Below, in pieces: positions 1 to 9,861 of a stretch of 64,000 nucleotides of DNA (position 1 is its first letter; each line of letters opens with the position of its first letter). Under the pieces are notes generated by a model. The model searched no databases and was not told the origin of the DNA. It saw only the letters and a program-made list of their open reading frames with translations. Origin of the DNA: an uncultured Gemmatimonadales bacterium (GTDB taxonomy: Bacteria > Gemmatimonadota > Gemmatimonadetes > Longimicrobiales > RSA9); assembly GCA_963816355.1 (NCBI GenBank), contig CAWFKH010000002.1, forward strand, positions 43,454 to 107,453, read 5' to 3'. The position numbers were made by a program, and so were the translations under genes.

Positions 1-603
1 GCGCCGGTTGTACGGCGCGTCGAAGGCCAGCGTGTCGATGTCGAAGAACGAGTGGAAGATCGGGTCCTCCGCCGTCAGCTCGATCAGCCGCGCCTGCGGC
101 AGCACGCGCCCGATCTGCCGCTCGAAGTTCGTCCAGTCGCGGCCGCGGAAATCGTCGAAGATGACGAAGCCGCCCTTCAGCAGGTAATTGCGCATCCCCA
201 CGACCTCCGCGTCCGTCGGGTTCCAGTAGCCCGCCTCGCAGAAGTAGACGATCGGAAACTCCGCCAGCCGCGGGTCGTCCGACGTGAAGATGTTGCTCGC
301 GTCCAGCACCGGCTCGATCGACGTCAGCTCGCTCAGGATCTTCGCCAGGTGCCGCTCCGCGCGCGGATAGTCGTGCGCCCACTCCGGCAGCGCCCTGCCG
401 TCCGGCTCGAACTGCAGCCGCGCCCCCGGGCCGAGCGTGTATTTGATGCGGGCGAGCGTGTAGCGGCCGTCGTAGGCGACGTCGTCCCCCTGGTCCGCCT
501 GGCGCGCGGCGGGGCGGCCGGTCCGGCCGAGCGGCCCGAGCGCGGCAAGCGAGCCGGCGCCGAGCGCGGCGAGGGCGAGGGCGGCGAGGGCGGAGCGGGT
601 CAT
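1..603 (-). CDS. DUF4159-domain protein, exported (3' end runs off the window)
   Basis: Manual translation from ATG at 603: MTRSALAALALAALG...YDGRYTLARIKY...EWAHDYPRAERHLAKILSELT...FPIVYFCEAGYW...MRNYLLKGGFVIFDDF, typical DUF4159 motifs. Overlaps the stop of the upstream gene (600-602). Not in the ORF track because it is truncated. Confidence 0.85.
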   Translation of the reverse strand, partial: MTRSALAALALAALGAGSLAALGPLGRTGRPAARQADQGDDVAYDGRYTLARIKYTLGPGARLQFEPDGRALPEWAHDYPRAERHLAKILSELTSIEPVLDASNIFTSDDPRLAEFPIVYFCEAGYWNPTDAEVVGMRNYLLKGGFVIFDDFRGRDWTNFERQIGRVLPQARLIELTAEDPIFHSFFDIDTLAFDAPYNRR

Positions 604-3101
604 GGAGCGCCTCCATCTCCGGCGTGGAGCCGCAGCAGCAGCGCCTGCGCCTTCTGAAAGTTCGGTGCGACCTCGAGCGCGTGGAGCACCTCGCGCCGCG
701 CGGCGGCGGCATCGCCCGCCTGCAGCAGCGCGAGCGCGAGCTGGTAGAGCGCCTCGGCGCGGTCCACCGGCGCGAGCGCGACGACGGCGCGGCGCTCGCG
801 TACGGCGCCACGGTGGTCGCCGTTCGCCGCGTCGAGCGCCGCGAGGCGCTCGTGCAGCGCGGGGTCGAAGGGCGAGATGAAGATCGCCTCGCGCAACGCC
901 GCGGCGGCCCCGGCGTCGTCGCCCATCGCCTGCCGCAGGGAAGCGAGCTGGGTGCGGGCGAAGTAGTCCCGCTCGTCGAGGGAGTCGAGGCGCGCGAGCT
1001 CGCGCGCCGCGGCGGCGGTGTCGCCGCGCTGCAGAGCGACGCGCGCCAGGAGCGCGTAGGCGTTGCCGGGGCCGGCGTAGGCGGGGAAGATCGTCTTCGC
1101 GCGCCGCAGGTGCGTGGCGGCGTCGTCGAGCCGCCCCTGCTGCAGGAGTCGGGCGCCGGTCCGCAGCTCGGCCTCGAAGCCGTCGTCGCGGCCGAGCGAG
1201 GCGAGCGGCGTCGCGAAGCGGCGGCGGAGGAACGCGTCGAAGTCGCGGTCGAAGGCGGCGGGGTCGGTGCCGAGCACGTCGTGGAACACGTCCGCCTGGG
1301 AGTCGCCCTTCGCGAAGCTGTGGAGCATGGCGAGGATCGCGTCGAAGCCGTGCTCGTCCTCGATGCGCTGCACGACGAGCGACGCCTCGTAGTACGAATG
1401 CACCACCTGGCCCGGGTAGCTGGGTCGCACGAAGCCGTCGCCGAGGCGGCTCACGGGGAGGATGCGGCCCTCCTTCAGCGCCTGCAGGAAGCTCGGGTCC
1501 GGCGGGTGCCCCCAGCCGGGGCGCGCGCGCCGCTCCTCGCGCACCGCCAGCCCTTCCGTCAGCCACCGCGGCACGCGCTGGCCCGTGAGGCCGAGATGGA
1601 AGACGTGCGCGATCTCGTGCCAGAGCGTCGAGCCCCAGTTGAAGTCGCCGCGGTCGCGCGCCGACGGGGAGTCCATCGCGACGACGCGGCCAAACGTCAC
1701 GCCGAGCGCGCCGAGCCCGACGAGGCCGGCCGTGCGCACGGAGAAGTCCGCGTGGCGCGGGAAGACCTCGACGCGCACGCCGGGCGGCGGCCGGTAGCCG
1801 TAGCGCGCCGCCAGCGAGTCGTACGCCTCCTCGGCCAGCGCGCCGACGTAGGGCGCGAGCAGGTCCGCCTCGTCGCCGCGCAGCACCAGCTCGAAATGCT
1901 CCGTATTCACCGTGCGGTACTTCTCGAACGTGTCGAGCAGGTCGAGCGTGTTCTTGTACCACACGTTGTACGGATCGCGGCGGAACGCCGCCTCGAGACT
2001 GGCGCGCGCCGCCGCCACGTGGCCGAGCCGCAGCTCGTTGATGCCGACGATCCCCCGCGCCCGCGCGGACGTCGAATCGAGCGCCAGCCCGCGCCGCGCC
2101 AGCGCCACCGCGCCCGCGTAGCGGTAGCCCTGCAGCGCCATCTCCGCGACGTCCGCGTAGAAGTCGGCGCAGCGCGGATCCAGCGCCAGCGCCCGCCGCT
2201 CGACCGCGCCGAAAGCGGCGTCGTCGCCGGCCAGGTAGGCGGCCGCGGCGAGCACCGCGAGCGCCGGCAGCGACGTCGAGTCGACCGCCAGCGCGCGCTC
2301 CGCCTCGTGCCGCGCGCCGTCCGCCTCGCCCCCGCCGAGCGCGAGCCGCGCGAGCAGCACGTGCGCCGGGACCAGGTTCGGGTTCGTCTCCAGCGCAGCC
2401 CGCGCGCTGTCCGCCGCCCCGGCCGCGCCGTCGAAGTCGAGGACGCGGGCGATGCCGAGCCGGGCGCGTGCGTTCGCCGGGTCCCTCACGAGCACCGCGC
2501 GGAACTCGTCGCGCGCGTCGGCGCTGTTGTACTTCTCGAGGAAGAGGTCGCCCGCGCGCAGCCGCGGCTCGAGCGCCTCCGGGTCCGCCGCGACCGCCTC
2601 GTCGTAGGCGCGCAGCGCGTCCTTGAACAGCGCCGGGTCTCGCGCGCCCAGCCGGCGCGCCGCGGTGCCGACCGCCGTGAGCTCCGCCGCGCCGAGAGGG
2701 CCGGCGTTGTACGCGGCGATCGCCCGTTCGTACTGCGACCGCGCCGCCGCCACCTCGCCGCGGCCCTCCAGCACCAACCCCAGCTCGACCGCCGCTACCA
2801 CGCCCGCCGCCCCGCGCGCCCTCGCCGCTGCGCGCAGCACGCGCTCCGCCTCGGACCTCCGCCCGCGCAGCCGCAACACGTGGCCGAGCAGCGCACCCAT
2901 CTCCGGCGACGTCGCAGCCGCCGGCCGCGCCGCGGCCTCCGCCTGCTCGTAGCGGCCGACGTCGATCAGCGCACGCACGCGCGCGGCGCCGCCCGCCCCG
3001 CCCGCCGCGTCGGGGCCCTGCCCGCACGCCGGCGCGACGACGAGCGCGAAACCGGCCGCGAAGGCCGCCACCCGCCGCGCCACCCGCCTCACGGGACGCA
3101 T
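600..3101 (-). CDS. TPR-repeat protein with central gluzincin (peptidase MA-like) domain, probable lipoprotein
   Basis: Signal ending ..VVAPACG; many TPR-like helices; WHEIAHVF (HExxH) plus PRWLTEGLA third-ligand motif. Start (ATG 3101 or GTG 3104) overlaps the upstream stop. Confidence 0.85.
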   Translation of the reverse strand: MRPVRRVARRVAAFAAGFALVVAPACGQGPDAAGGAGGAARVRALIDVGRYEQAEAAARPAAATSPEMGALLGHVLRLRGRRSEAERVLRAAARARGAAGVVAAVELGLVLEGRGEVAAARSQYERAIAAYNAGPLGAAELTAVGTAARRLGARDPALFKDALRAYDEAVAADPEALEPRLRAGDLFLEKYNSADARDEFRAVLVRDPANARARLGIARVLDFDGAAGAADSARAALETNPNLVPAHVLLARLALGGGEADGARHEAERALAVDSTSLPALAVLAAAAYLAGDDAAFGAVERRALALDPRCADFYADVAEMALQGYRYAGAVALARRGLALDSTSARARGIVGINELRLGHVAAARASLEAAFRRDPYNVWYKNTLDLLDTFEKYRTVNTEHFELVLRGDEADLLAPYVGALAEEAYDSLAARYGYRPPPGVRVEVFPRHADFSVRTAGLVGLGALGVTFGRVVAMDSPSARDRGDFNWGSTLWHEIAHVFHLGLTGQRVPRWLTEGLAVREERRARPGWGHPPDPSFLQALKEGRILPVSRLGDGFVRPSYPGQVVHSYYEASLVVQRIEDEHGFDAILAMLHSFAKGDSQADVFHDVLGTDPAAFDRDFDAFLRRRFATPLASLGRDDGFEAELRTGARLLQQGRLDDAATHLRRAKTIFPAYAGPGNAYALLARVALQRGDTAAAARELARLDSLDERDYFARTQLASLRQAMGDDAGAAAALREAIFISPFDPALHERLAALDAANGDHRGAVRERRAVVALAPVDRAEALYQLALALLQAGDAAAARREVLHALEVAPNFQKAQALLLRLHAGDGGAP

Positions 3102-4123
3102 CACCGGCCACCTCCCGCCGCGCGCAGCGCCGCGTCGACGCGCGCGAGCTCCAGGAGCAGGCTCTCGAGCTGGCCCTCGTAGGCGATCGAGTCCATCCCC
3201 GCGCGGGCCGCCTTCAACGCATCGATCTTCGCCTCGAGCCCGCGCTTGCGCTCCTCCAGCGCCCGCACCTTCGGGTCCGCGGCGCCGCCCGGCGCCGCGG
3301 CCGCCGCGGCCGCCGCGGCCGGCGCGAGGAAGAACGTCGCGGCCGCTTTCGCGTCGGCGTCCTCGGGCTTCGGGTCGCCGCTGCCCTCGCCGTCGCCGTC
3401 GCCGTCCAGCAGTGCGTGCTCGCTCTGCAGCAGGCGCCGCCCGTCGTAGGCCCGCCCCACTTCGCGCCGCGCATAGAGGAACGCCTCCAGCAGCGAGACG
3501 CGGCCGTCCTTGTCGGTGTCCGCGCCATCGCCGGCGATGGCGTCCACGAAGTAGCGGCCGAACCGCGTCGCGTTCGACTCGGCGCCGCTCCGCGTCGCCG
3601 TCACGACCAGGCGGCCCTCGCCCTTGAGCGCGGGCACGAAGCCGCCGCTGGCGCTCGCCGTGTTGACCACCGCGACGCGGCGCCCGGCCAAGCGGTCGAG
3701 CAGGGCGGCCAGGTCGGCCGCGGTGAGGTCCGGCCCGGGCAGGTTCAGACGCGGCTCGCCGCCTTGCGCGCTGCCGTGGCCGATGAAGAGTAGGAGGACC
3801 TCGTCGCCCGGCGCGGAGCGGCGCGCGAGCGCTTCGATCGCGCGCGTCACCGCCGCGCGCGTCGACCGGCCGGCGATCCGCCGCGGATCCCGCTCGGGCC
3901 GCTCCGCCAGGAACACGGCGTCCGCTTCGGCGAGGCCGTAGCGGCTGCGCGCCGCGTCGACCGCGCGCGCGCCCAGCGTGTAGAACGTGTCGGCGTACTC
4001 CGGCGTGCCCCCGATCCCGCTCACCACGAGGAGGTGCGTGCGCTGCGCGGCGGCGGGCGCCGCCGGGAGCGCGATCAGTAGCAGCGCCAGGGCCCATGTG
4101 GCCGGAGGCTGCCGCGGGCTCAC
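3101..4123 (-). CDS. Caspase/legumain (clan CD)-like exported protein with EF-hand-like loops and C-terminal coiled coil
   Basis: Signal peptide ..APAAAQ; LLLFIGHGS His motif; DTDKDGRVSLLE loop. Start could also be in-frame GTG at 4171 or 4192. Confidence 0.7.
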   Translation of the reverse strand: MSPRQPPATWALALLLIALPAAPAAAQRTHLLVVSGIGGTPEYADTFYTLGARAVDAARSRYGLAEADAVFLAERPERDPRRIAGRSTRAAVTRAIEALARRSAPGDEVLLLFIGHGSAQGGEPRLNLPGPDLTAADLAALLDRLAGRRVAVVNTASASGGFVPALKGEGRLVVTATRSGAESNATRFGRYFVDAIAGDGADTDKDGRVSLLEAFLYARREVGRAYDGRRLLQSEHALLDGDGDGEGSGDPKPEDADAKAAATFFLAPAAAAAAAAAPGGAADPKVRALEERKRGLEAKIDALKAARAGMDSIAYEGQLESLLLELARVDAALRAAGGGR

Positions 4124-4188
4124 GGGCGCCGCCGCGCGGCCCCGGAAGCGTCGTCCCCCCGCGTGGCTCACGCGAGCCCCTGCGCTCC

Positions 4189-6465
4189 TCACGCGAGCCC
4201 CCGCGCGCGGCGCCACCCCCACTCCGCGCCGACGAGCCCGAGAAGCAGCAGGAAGACGATCGGCATGTCCCACAGGTCCCGGTGCTCGACGGCGGTCACG
4301 CCGCCGCCGGTGTAGCGCAGGTCCTCCGGCAGGGTCGACAGGCTGGCGGTGGTGTAGAAGCGGCCGCCGGTCTCGCGCGCAATGCGTCGCAGCAGCGGCT
4401 CGCGCATGCCGGCATCGAAGTACTCCGCCTCGCTGGGCGCCGCCTCGAACGCCGTCTCGCTGCTCCCCAGCGGCACGTCGCCGCGCCGCGCCTCGACGTC
4501 GACCGTGTACGATCCCGCTCGCGACGGGATGTACCGCGCGCGGTAGGCGCCGTCGCGGTCGACGTCCCAGTCGAGCGGCACGTCCTCGTCGCCGCCGGGC
4601 CCGTGCACGTGCGCCACCACATGGGCGTCGTCGAGGGCGAGGAACGCGGAATCGACGACGTCGGCTCGCAGCTCGAGCGCACGGCCCGGCTCGACGTGGT
4701 CGCGCGAGACGGAGGCGGCGACCTGGCCGGGCACGGCGTCGACGAGCCAGCGCAGGAGCTGGCGCCAGAACGTCTCGTGCGTCATGTCCTCGACCGGGAT
4801 CGAGGCGTCCATCTGCCAGACCCACGAGTCCTGGATCGGGAAGGAGACGGAGCGGCCGCGGCCGTAGCGCTGCCAGGCGAGCGCGACGACGCCGTCGCCG
4901 TGGCCATCCGGCTCGCCGGCGAGGAGTGTGGTGGCGCCGGGCTTGACGCGCCGCATCGGGTTCGGCGTCGTGACCGCGGGGAGCGAGTCCCAGCGCGCCA
5001 CAGACGCCGCCTCGTCCGCCGCGATCTGGGTGACGGCGTGGACGCGGCCGGCGCGCGTCGGCGCGACGTGCACGCGGACGAAGGAGTCCTGCGGCGCGCC
5101 GTCGCCGGGATCGAGCACGACCGGCAACGCCTCGGCGAGCGGCGTGCCGGCGTAGCCGCCGCGCGCGAAGGCGTGGCGCCCGCCGAGCGTGAGGAGGCCG
5201 CCCCCGCGCTCGCCCGCGAAGTCCGCGATCATGCGGAGCTGGTCGTGCGTGAAGAAGCTCGCCTCAACGCTGCCGAGCACGACGCCGTCGTAGGCGAACA
5301 GCTCCTCGCGCGTCTTCGGGAAGCCGCCCACCAGCTCGTCCGGGCCGTCGACGCCGAGGCGCAGAAACTTGCCCGGCGCGGTGCGCACGAGCGTGACGAG
5401 CTGCAGCTCCGCCTCGTCCTCCACCGCGCGCCGCAGGAACTTCAGCTCGAAGCGCGGCTCGCCCTCGAAGTAGAGGATCTTCCTGCGCTTCGACTCGACG
5501 CGGATCAGCGCTTCCTGTTCGTTGTTGCGCGTCACCGCCTCGCCGTCGCGCGCGGGGACGCGGAAGCGAACGTGGCGCACGCCCGGCTCGGCGAGCGTGA
5601 AACGCACCCGCACCGGCGTGCTCTCGCCGTCCGCCGGCAGCTCGATCTGCTGCTCCGCGACAATGTGGCCCTCGTCTTCGACGTAGAGCGGCGCCCGCTC
5701 GCCGCCGAAGCCCCGCTGCGTCACCACGAGGTCCACCACCAGCGACGTCCCCTGCAGCACCGACGGCGGCACGGCGACGCGGCTCAGCTCGACGTCGCGC
5801 GCGAGGCGGGGCCGGCCCACGCCGACCGCGTACACCGGCACGCCCGCCGAGCGCAGCGCGAGCAGCGGCTCCGTCAGCGACTCGCCCGAGTTGTCGGCGC
5901 CGTCGCTCACCACCACCAGCCCCGCCAGCGGCACACCCGCCAGCTCCTGCCGCGCCCGCCGCAGCGCCGGCCCGATCCGCGTCTGGGTGCCGTCGTACGC
6001 CAGCGAGTCGACGCCCGCCACGCGCTCGGCCGACGAGGAGAAGCGGAAGTAGCGCAGCCGGAAGCGCCGCCCCAGCGCCGCCGTCAGCGCGGCGTCGTCA
6101 CCGAAGGCGGTCCGCACGGCGTCGCCGCGCGGCTTGCCGTCCTCGTCGGCGACGCGCATGCTGCGCGAATCGTCGACCAGAACGGCGAGGAAGTTCTGCT
6201 GCGGAAGGAGCGCGGAGACGGCGAGCGCCGGCCGCAGCAGCGCGAGTACGAGGACGGCGAGCGCGGCGAGGCGGAGCGTGGCGAGCACGACGCGGTCGAG
6301 CGGCCGCGCGCGACGGCGCACGCCGCGATACGTCCACACCGCCCCGATGGCGAGCAGCACCAGCGCCGTGAGCGCCCACGACCACGACGCCCCCAGAACG
6401 AGGTCGCCCCGCTGAAAGACGACGGGGCGATACTTGAAGAGGAAGGCGAAGAGCGAGTCGAACAC
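4189..6465 (-). CDS. Membrane protein with vWA domain and putative glutamine-amidotransferase-like (DUF1355-type) domain
   Basis: GGAGG RBS before GTG 6465; two N-terminal TM helices; MIDAS-like LVDDSRSM and VVVSDG; KILYFEGEPRFELKFLRR; GGGLLTLGG; C-terminal TM ending EWGWRRARGLA. Confidence 0.85.
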   Translation of the reverse strand: MFDSLFAFLFKYRPVVFQRGDLVLGASWSWALTALVLLAIGAVWTYRGVRRRARPLDRVVLATLRLAALAVLVLALLRPALAVSALLPQQNFLAVLVDDSRSMRVADEDGKPRGDAVRTAFGDDAALTAALGRRFRLRYFRFSSSAERVAGVDSLAYDGTQTRIGPALRRARQELAGVPLAGLVVVSDGADNSGESLTEPLLALRSAGVPVYAVGVGRPRLARDVELSRVAVPPSVLQGTSLVVDLVVTQRGFGGERAPLYVEDEGHIVAEQQIELPADGESTPVRVRFTLAEPGVRHVRFRVPARDGEAVTRNNEQEALIRVESKRRKILYFEGEPRFELKFLRRAVEDEAELQLVTLVRTAPGKFLRLGVDGPDELVGGFPKTREELFAYDGVVLGSVEASFFTHDQLRMIADFAGERGGGLLTLGGRHAFARGGYAGTPLAEALPVVLDPGDGAPQDSFVRVHVAPTRAGRVHAVTQIAADEAASVARWDSLPAVTTPNPMRRVKPGATTLLAGEPDGHGDGVVALAWQRYGRGRSVSFPIQDSWVWQMDASIPVEDMTHETFWRQLLRWLVDAVPGQVAASVSRDHVEPGRALELRADVVDSAFLALDDAHVVAHVHGPGGDEDVPLDWDVDRDGAYRARYIPSRAGSYTVDVEARRGDVPLGSSETAFEAAPSEAEYFDAGMREPLLRRIARETGGRFYTTASLSTLPEDLRYTGGGVTAVEHRDLWDMPIVFLLLLGLVGAEWGWRRARGLA

Positions 6466-6660
6466 GATCCTCCGGGGACAGGCCGATGGTCGCTTCACTG
6501 GGCCGGGGCGGCGTGGCGGGGCGCCGGCGGCCGCGTGTCATTCGGCGCTCGTCTGGAAAAACCCGAAGGGGGGGTGCTTGTTCCAACGGACGGCGAAGCC
6601 GCGCGGAGAGTGGCCCGCGCCGCGCATGTCGCCGCGCCGGGCGCGCGGCTATTATGCGGC

Positions 6661-6765
6661 ATGATCGAGCTACGGATGCTGCGGCTCGCCGGCGCCGGCA
6701 TCGGCCTCGCCTCAGGCTCCGATCACGCGACCCTGAAGCGGATCCTCTCCCGCGACCTGAACTAG
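6661..6765 (+). other. Small ORF (34 aa), possible leaderless gene remnant
   Basis: MIELRMLRLAGAGIGLASGSDHATLKRILSRDLN*; TATTAT at 6650-6655 lies 5 nt before the ATG; stop is 1 nt before the next GTG. Confidence 0.3.
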
Positions 6766-6766
6766 C

Positions 6767-7972
6767 GTGGGAAGGCACGGACGCGCGGCCGCGCTCGCCG
6801 CCCCGCTCCTCCTGCTGCTCGCGAGCGGCTGCCGTGCCGATGGCGCCGAAGGCGCGCCGGTGCGCGAGAGCGGCCGCTTCGCCCGGGCGGCGCCGGTGCG
6901 CGGGAGCGGCCGCGTCGCCGAAGCGGGGCCGCCCCCCGCGCGCGCCGACTCCTCCTTCGCCGCGCTCGTCGCGCGGCTCTCCGAGCCGGGCGGCTACTTC
7001 GACACCGACAACCTGATCTCCAACGAGGCGTCCTACCTCCACGCGCTCGGCCCGCTCCGCGAGCGGGGAGTGCGCGGCGGCGCCTACATCGGCGTGGGGC
7101 CGGACCAGAACTTCTCCTACATCGCGCAGATCCGGCCCCGCGTCGCCTTCATCATCGACATCCGCCGCGGCAACCTGCTCGAGCTGCTCTGGTACAAGGC
7201 GCTCTTCGAGCTCGCGCGGGACCGCGCCGACTACCTCGCCCTGCTGTTCGGCCGGCCGCGGCCGGACTTCGCCGCCCCGGATGGAGCCGCCGGGCTCGCG
7301 CGGCTGCTCGACTACTTCGACGCGACGCCCGCCGATCCGGAGCGCATGGCCGCGACGCGCGCGGCCGTACACGCGGCGCTCGCGCGCTACGGCGTGCCGC
7401 TCTCCGACGACGACGTCGCCATGATCGACCGCATCGCCTCCGCGTTCGTCGAGGCGGGACCGTCACTCCGCTTCACCAGCTACGGCCGCGCGCCGCGCTC
7501 CTACTACCCGACGTACCGCCAGCTCCTCCTCGAGCACGACCTGAGCGGCCGCGGCGGCAGCTACCTGGCCCGCGAGGAGGACTTCCGCTTCGTGAAGCGG
7601 CTGCAGACGGCCGACCGCATCGTGCCGGTCGTCGGCGACCTCGCCGGACCGCACGCGCTGCGCGCCATCGGCCGCGCTATCGACGGCATGGGACTGCGCG
7701 TGAGCGCGTTCTACGTCTCCAATGTCGAGTTCTACCTCATGGGCGATGGCACCTTCGACCGCTTCGCCGCCAACGTGCTGACCCTGCCGCTCGACAGCGG
7801 CGCCGTCCTCATCCGCAGCTACTTCCACCCGTTCCGGCGGCCGACGCCGGGCGCGGTGCCGGGCTACGCGAGCAGCCAGATCGTACAGGCCGCCGCGCGC
7901 TTCGTCGCCCGCGCCGAGGCGGGCGGCTACGCCGGCTACCGCGCCCTGCTGGCGGACACCGTCGGCGGCTGA
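6767..7972 (+). CDS. Conserved hypothetical lipoprotein, possible SAM-methyltransferase-like fold
   Basis: Lipobox LLASGC; conserved-looking GGYFDTDNLISNE, AYIGVGPDQNFSYIA, FIIDIRRGN, FYVSNVEFYL. Confidence 0.7.
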   Translation: MGRHGRAAALAAPLLLLLASGCRADGAEGAPVRESGRFARAAPVRGSGRVAEAGPPPARADSSFAALVARLSEPGGYFDTDNLISNEASYLHALGPLRERGVRGGAYIGVGPDQNFSYIAQIRPRVAFIIDIRRGNLLELLWYKALFELARDRADYLALLFGRPRPDFAAPDGAAGLARLLDYFDATPADPERMAATRAAVHAALARYGVPLSDDDVAMIDRIASAFVEAGPSLRFTSYGRAPRSYYPTYRQLLLEHDLSGRGGSYLAREEDFRFVKRLQTADRIVPVVGDLAGPHALRAIGRAIDGMGLRVSAFYVSNVEFYLMGDGTFDRFAANVLTLPLDSGAVLIRSYFHPFRRPTPGAVPGYASSQIVQAAARFVARAEAGGYAGYRALLADTVGG

Positions 7973-8046
7973 GCGCCGCGCCGCGTGCGAGGCACGTCTT
8001 CGTCGCGGAGTTCGCGTCGGCGTAGTCGTGGGTCCGGGCCCCCTCC

Positions 8047-8946
8047 CTACGCGACTTCGACCAGCAGTGGCCGGTCCAGCTCTTCCAGGATCTCGTGCGT
8101 CACGCTGCCGAACAGCCGCCGCGCGATGGCGCCGCGCCGGGCCGTCGTCATCGCCAGCAGGTCGACGTCGAGCGTGCGCGCCTTGTCGAGGATCAGCTCC
8201 GCCGTCGCCTCCCCTTCCACGACGTGCCGTTCGACGCGCACTCCGCTCAGCTCCGGCCGGCCGGCGACCCCCGCCAGGTAGCGCTCCGCTTCCGCGGCGC
8301 TGCGCCAGGCCGGCGCGCCGCGGCGACCCGCTCCGGGCGACGTCGGGACCACCGCCAGCAGGTGAACCGCCGCACCCTCCGCGAGCAGCGGCAGCGCCGC
8401 GTCCAGGATGCGTTCCGAACGCGGCGTCCCATCGAGCGGGACGAGCAGGCGCGTCACGCCCCGCAGCAGCGGACACGTTCCGGCTCGCAGCACCAGGACC
8501 GGCACGCCGACCGAGCGCAGGATCCCCTCCGACAGCTCGGCGAGGTTGCCGCCCGCGCAGTAACGCTGGCCCAGCCGCGCCACGAGCAGATCGGCGCCCA
8601 TCTCGCGCGCGGCGCGTGGCACCTCGCCCGGCGCGACCGGCTCCGACTGCCACCCCGCCGCCACCGACCACGCATCCTCGACCCGCTGCTCGAGCACCTG
8701 CAGCTTCGCGCGCGTGTCGGCGTCGCGCTGGCGCTCGACGGCGCCATAGTGGTCGACGACGCCCTCGAGACGGTACGGCGTCACGGCTTCCAGATCCGGC
8801 GGGACCGCGTGCGACGAGCGAACGTTCAGCAGCGAGATCTCGGCGCCCGCCCGGCGCGCCAGCTCCCCCGCGCAATCCAGCGAACAATCCCGCGTCGGGG
8901 GGCTCTCCCGCGCGTCGTCGACGGCCACTACGATCCGCTTGATCAT
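8047..8946 (-). CDS. Universal stress protein, tandem USP domains
   Basis: MIKRIVVAVD; second domain RLLVPLDGT..SERIL; DLLAMTT..RRLFGSVTHEIL..PLLV; GAGG RBS upstream. Confidence 0.9.
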   Translation of the reverse strand: MIKRIVVAVDDARESPPTRDCSLDCAGELARRAGAEISLLNVRSSHAVPPDLEAVTPYRLEGVVDHYGAVERQRDADTRAKLQVLEQRVEDAWSVAAGWQSEPVAPGEVPRAAREMGADLLVARLGQRYCAGGNLAELSEGILRSVGVPVLVLRAGTCPLLRGVTRLLVPLDGTPRSERILDAALPLLAEGAAVHLLAVVPTSPGAGRRGAPAWRSAAEAERYLAGVAGRPELSGVRVERHVVEGEATAELILDKARTLDVDLLAMTTARRGAIARRLFGSVTHEILEELDRPLLVEVA

Positions 8947-9129
8947 GCTCGCCTCCTCACTGTACGCGACGCGCGATCCGCGTCCGCTGTGGGCGCCACG
9001 CATACGTCCTCCCTTCCAGCCTACCGGGGCGCTGCGCCGCAGTCTGTAGGGGATCCTCCAGCCCTTTGTAGGCGAATGTCTGTAAGGAGCTACCGTACGA
9101 CGCGGGACCGGCGGAGCGGCTCGCGTGCC

Positions 9130-9861
9130 TCAGTCCAGCTTCAGCGCGCGATAGTGATCCGGCCCCGCCGCCTCGACAAAGAGGATTACGCGGCCGCCGC
9201 GCAGGGAGGGGCGCAGCCGCCGTCCCACGACCACCGCGACGTCGTCCGCGAGCGGTGCTTCGCTTCCCGGGACGTGAACCGCGTCGACGCCGCGGCGCAG
9301 GACCTCCTCCACGCGCCGCACGCCGCCGAAGTGGTCCGGCCACGGCCACCCGGCGCGGTGCACCACCCGGCCGTCGTCGCCGCTCGCGCGGAGGCCGACG
9401 GCGGCGAGCGCGCCGATCACGCCGTCGCGCGTGCCCGCCAGGCCCTCCAGCCGCGCGCCGCACGACGCCGCCACCCGCTGCGCCTCCGCCTGCGTGGTCC
9501 GCTCGCGCTGGCACGCGCGGCCGAATTCCGTCGCCGCCGCCACGCCCGCCGCGCCCGCCGCCGCGGGCTCCAGCACGCAGAATCCCGGGTCGGCGCCGCG
9601 CGGCGCGAACGCGAGAACGGCGCGCCGCAGCAGGCGCAGCAGCGGCTCCAGCTCGGCGTCGCCCGCCGCCTCGAGCGCCAGCGATGCGGCGCCGTTCCGG
9701 GTGGTGTACGGGATGTCGGAGCGCTGCAGGAGCTGGTGCCGCGCGGCGCAGTGCAGGCCGAAGCCGGGAGGCAGCGCGCCGCCGAGGCGCCGGGCGAGCT
9801 GGTTCGTCCCGGGGGTGCCGACGACGTCCGTGTCGTCGAGCCCCACCAGGATTCGCCTCAC
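9130..9861 (-). CDS. Stand-alone TiaS N-terminal-like (DDTD motif) protein
   Basis: ILVGLDDTD..GT, RHQL, IPYTTRN, DPGFCV, GTRDGVIGALAAVGL. Lacks the OB fold and Zn ribbon of full TiaS. GTGA overlap with the upstream gene. Confidence 0.7.
   Translation of the reverse strand: MRRILVGLDDTDVVGTPGTNQLARRLGGALPPGFGLHCAARHQLLQRSDIPYTTRNGAASLALEAAGDAELEPLLRLLRRAVLAFAPRGADPGFCVLEPAAAGAAGVAAATEFGRACQRERTTQAEAQRVAASCGARLEGLAGTRDGVIGALAAVGLRASGDDGRVVHRAGWPWPDHFGGVRRVEEVLRRGVDAVHVPGSEAPLADDVAVVVGRRLRPSLRGGRVILFVEAAGPDHYRALKLD

Noticed and set aside
624..6765. Long plus-strand ORFs 624..3182 and 4096..6765, and similar long antisense or alternate-frame ORFs (e.g. 8095..10311, 48469..52209, 59940..62249)
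   Set aside because: Arg/Ala/Pro-rich shadows of motif-bearing genes on the other strand or frame, as expected at this GC content.
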